NCBI GenBank assembly: GCA_963748815.1
Contig: CAVVKJ010000005.1
Location: 96,001 to 160,000 of the forward strand
From: an uncultured Gemmatimonadales bacterium
GTDB lineage: Bacteria; Gemmatimonadota; Gemmatimonadetes; Gemmatimonadales; GWC2-71-9
Reading direction: 5' to 3'
Length of the DNA: 64,000 bases
Shown: positions 63,307 through 64,000 of the stretch, piece after piece
How the letters are laid out: every line of letters starts with the position of its first letter
Numbering within the stretch: position 1 is the first letter of the stretch
The notes under the pieces: model-generated
What the model was told of the DNA's origin: nothing
Seen by the model: the letters and a program-made list of their open reading frames with translations, nothing else
Databases searched by the model: none
Program-made: the position numbers and the translations under genes

Positions 63307-64000
63307 CTAGCGCTGGGTCCCGAAGAAGAAGCTCAACGCCAGGCCCGCCACGTTGAGGTGGGCCGGGTTGCAGGTGGTGCAGTTCTGCCGGAGATAATAG
63401 GTGTCGAGCAGCCATTTGTGCTTGTAAGGCCATTGAATCCCCACGCTGTACCGCTGTTCATCCCACGAATCCGTCGCCCAGTTGTAGAACACTTCCGCCG
63501 TCGCGTACGGACTGTACCGGAAGCTGCCGTGGTGCACGTCGACCTCCAGCCGGAGCCGGTTCCGGTACCGGCTGGAATACTCCCCCTCGACCCAGCGAAA
63601 CTCGAACAGGTTGCGATCCTCGATGAGGAACGCGTCGCCGGGCCGATGCCGCCCGGTGGCCTGGGCCTTGAGGCGATTCTCGTATTTGGGCGTGCCGTCG
63701 GCCCGCGTGTCGAGGTATTCGTATCCGATGCCGACGACGTAGGCGTGCTCCTTGGAGGGATCGACGTTGCGGAGGTGGGGCCGCCTGATGGCCTTGGCCT
63801 GGTAGTTGAGGTCGGTGCCGACACCCAGCTGCTCCGTCTCGTTACTCTCCTCGTTCTTGATCTGGGCGTACAGGGTCTGGCTCAACTTGGACGGCCACTG
63901 ATAGCGGAGCGAGAGCTTGGGCCAGAAGGCGCCCGCCGTACTGGAGTCCTGTGCGATCGCGGGCGTGCTGAGGGCCATCGCAAGCACCGCGACCACGGAT
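63307..64000 (-). CDS. DUF2490-like outer-membrane beta-barrel; 5' end at or beyond the window edge
   Basis: ENRL, RNLFEFRW, RYRNRLRL and EVFY motifs. Confidence 0.75.
   Translation of the reverse strand, partial: SVVAVLAMALSTPAIAQDSSTAGAFWPKLSLRYQWPSKLSQTLYAQIKNEESNETEQLGVGTDLNYQAKAIRRPHLRNVDPSKEHAYVVGIGYEYLDTRADGTPKYENRLKAQATGRHRPGDAFLIEDRNLFEFRWVEGEYSSRYRNRLRLEVDVHHGSFRYSPYATAEVFYNWATDSWDEQRYSVGIQWPYKHKWLLDTYYLRQNCTTCNPAHLNVAGLALSFFFGTQR

Overview
High-GC bacterial chromosomal segment with about 60 densely packed CDS and no rRNA, tRNA, CRISPR array or IS transposase that I could find. Gene content and style suggest Gemmatimonadota, which is an inference only. Many genes, including thyA and folA, are split by 1-nt indels, most likely long-read assembly errors. 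Main blocks in order: tripartite HAE1 RND efflux pump; octaheme cytochrome-HEAT/TPR protein; BFD-like protein, GAF kinase and udk; EF-G paralog; a sigma54 module (perfect -24/-12 promoter, enhancer-binding protein, two lipoproteins, TPR protein); peptide ABC substrate-binding protein and DEDDh exonuclease; copper cluster (Pro-ended leader ORF, cusCBA-like genes, P1B ATPase); 3-keto-glycoside catabolism genes around cydAB; an operon of two ATP-grasp ligases, a GNAT and a lysine 2,3-aminomutase; folA-thyA; thiolase/hbd region; and a Fur-box-like operator ahead of a 36-aa ORF and heme oxygenase. Two best candidates for undescribed systems: (1) a DUF559 (Vsr-like) nuclease gene enclosed by inverted arrays of two REP-like hairpin families, whose nuclease-free copies occur elsewhere in the window next to stop codons (RAYT/REPIN-like architecture with a different enzyme); (2) the 2x ATP-grasp + GNAT + KamA operon, a likely beta-lysine peptide or modification pathway.
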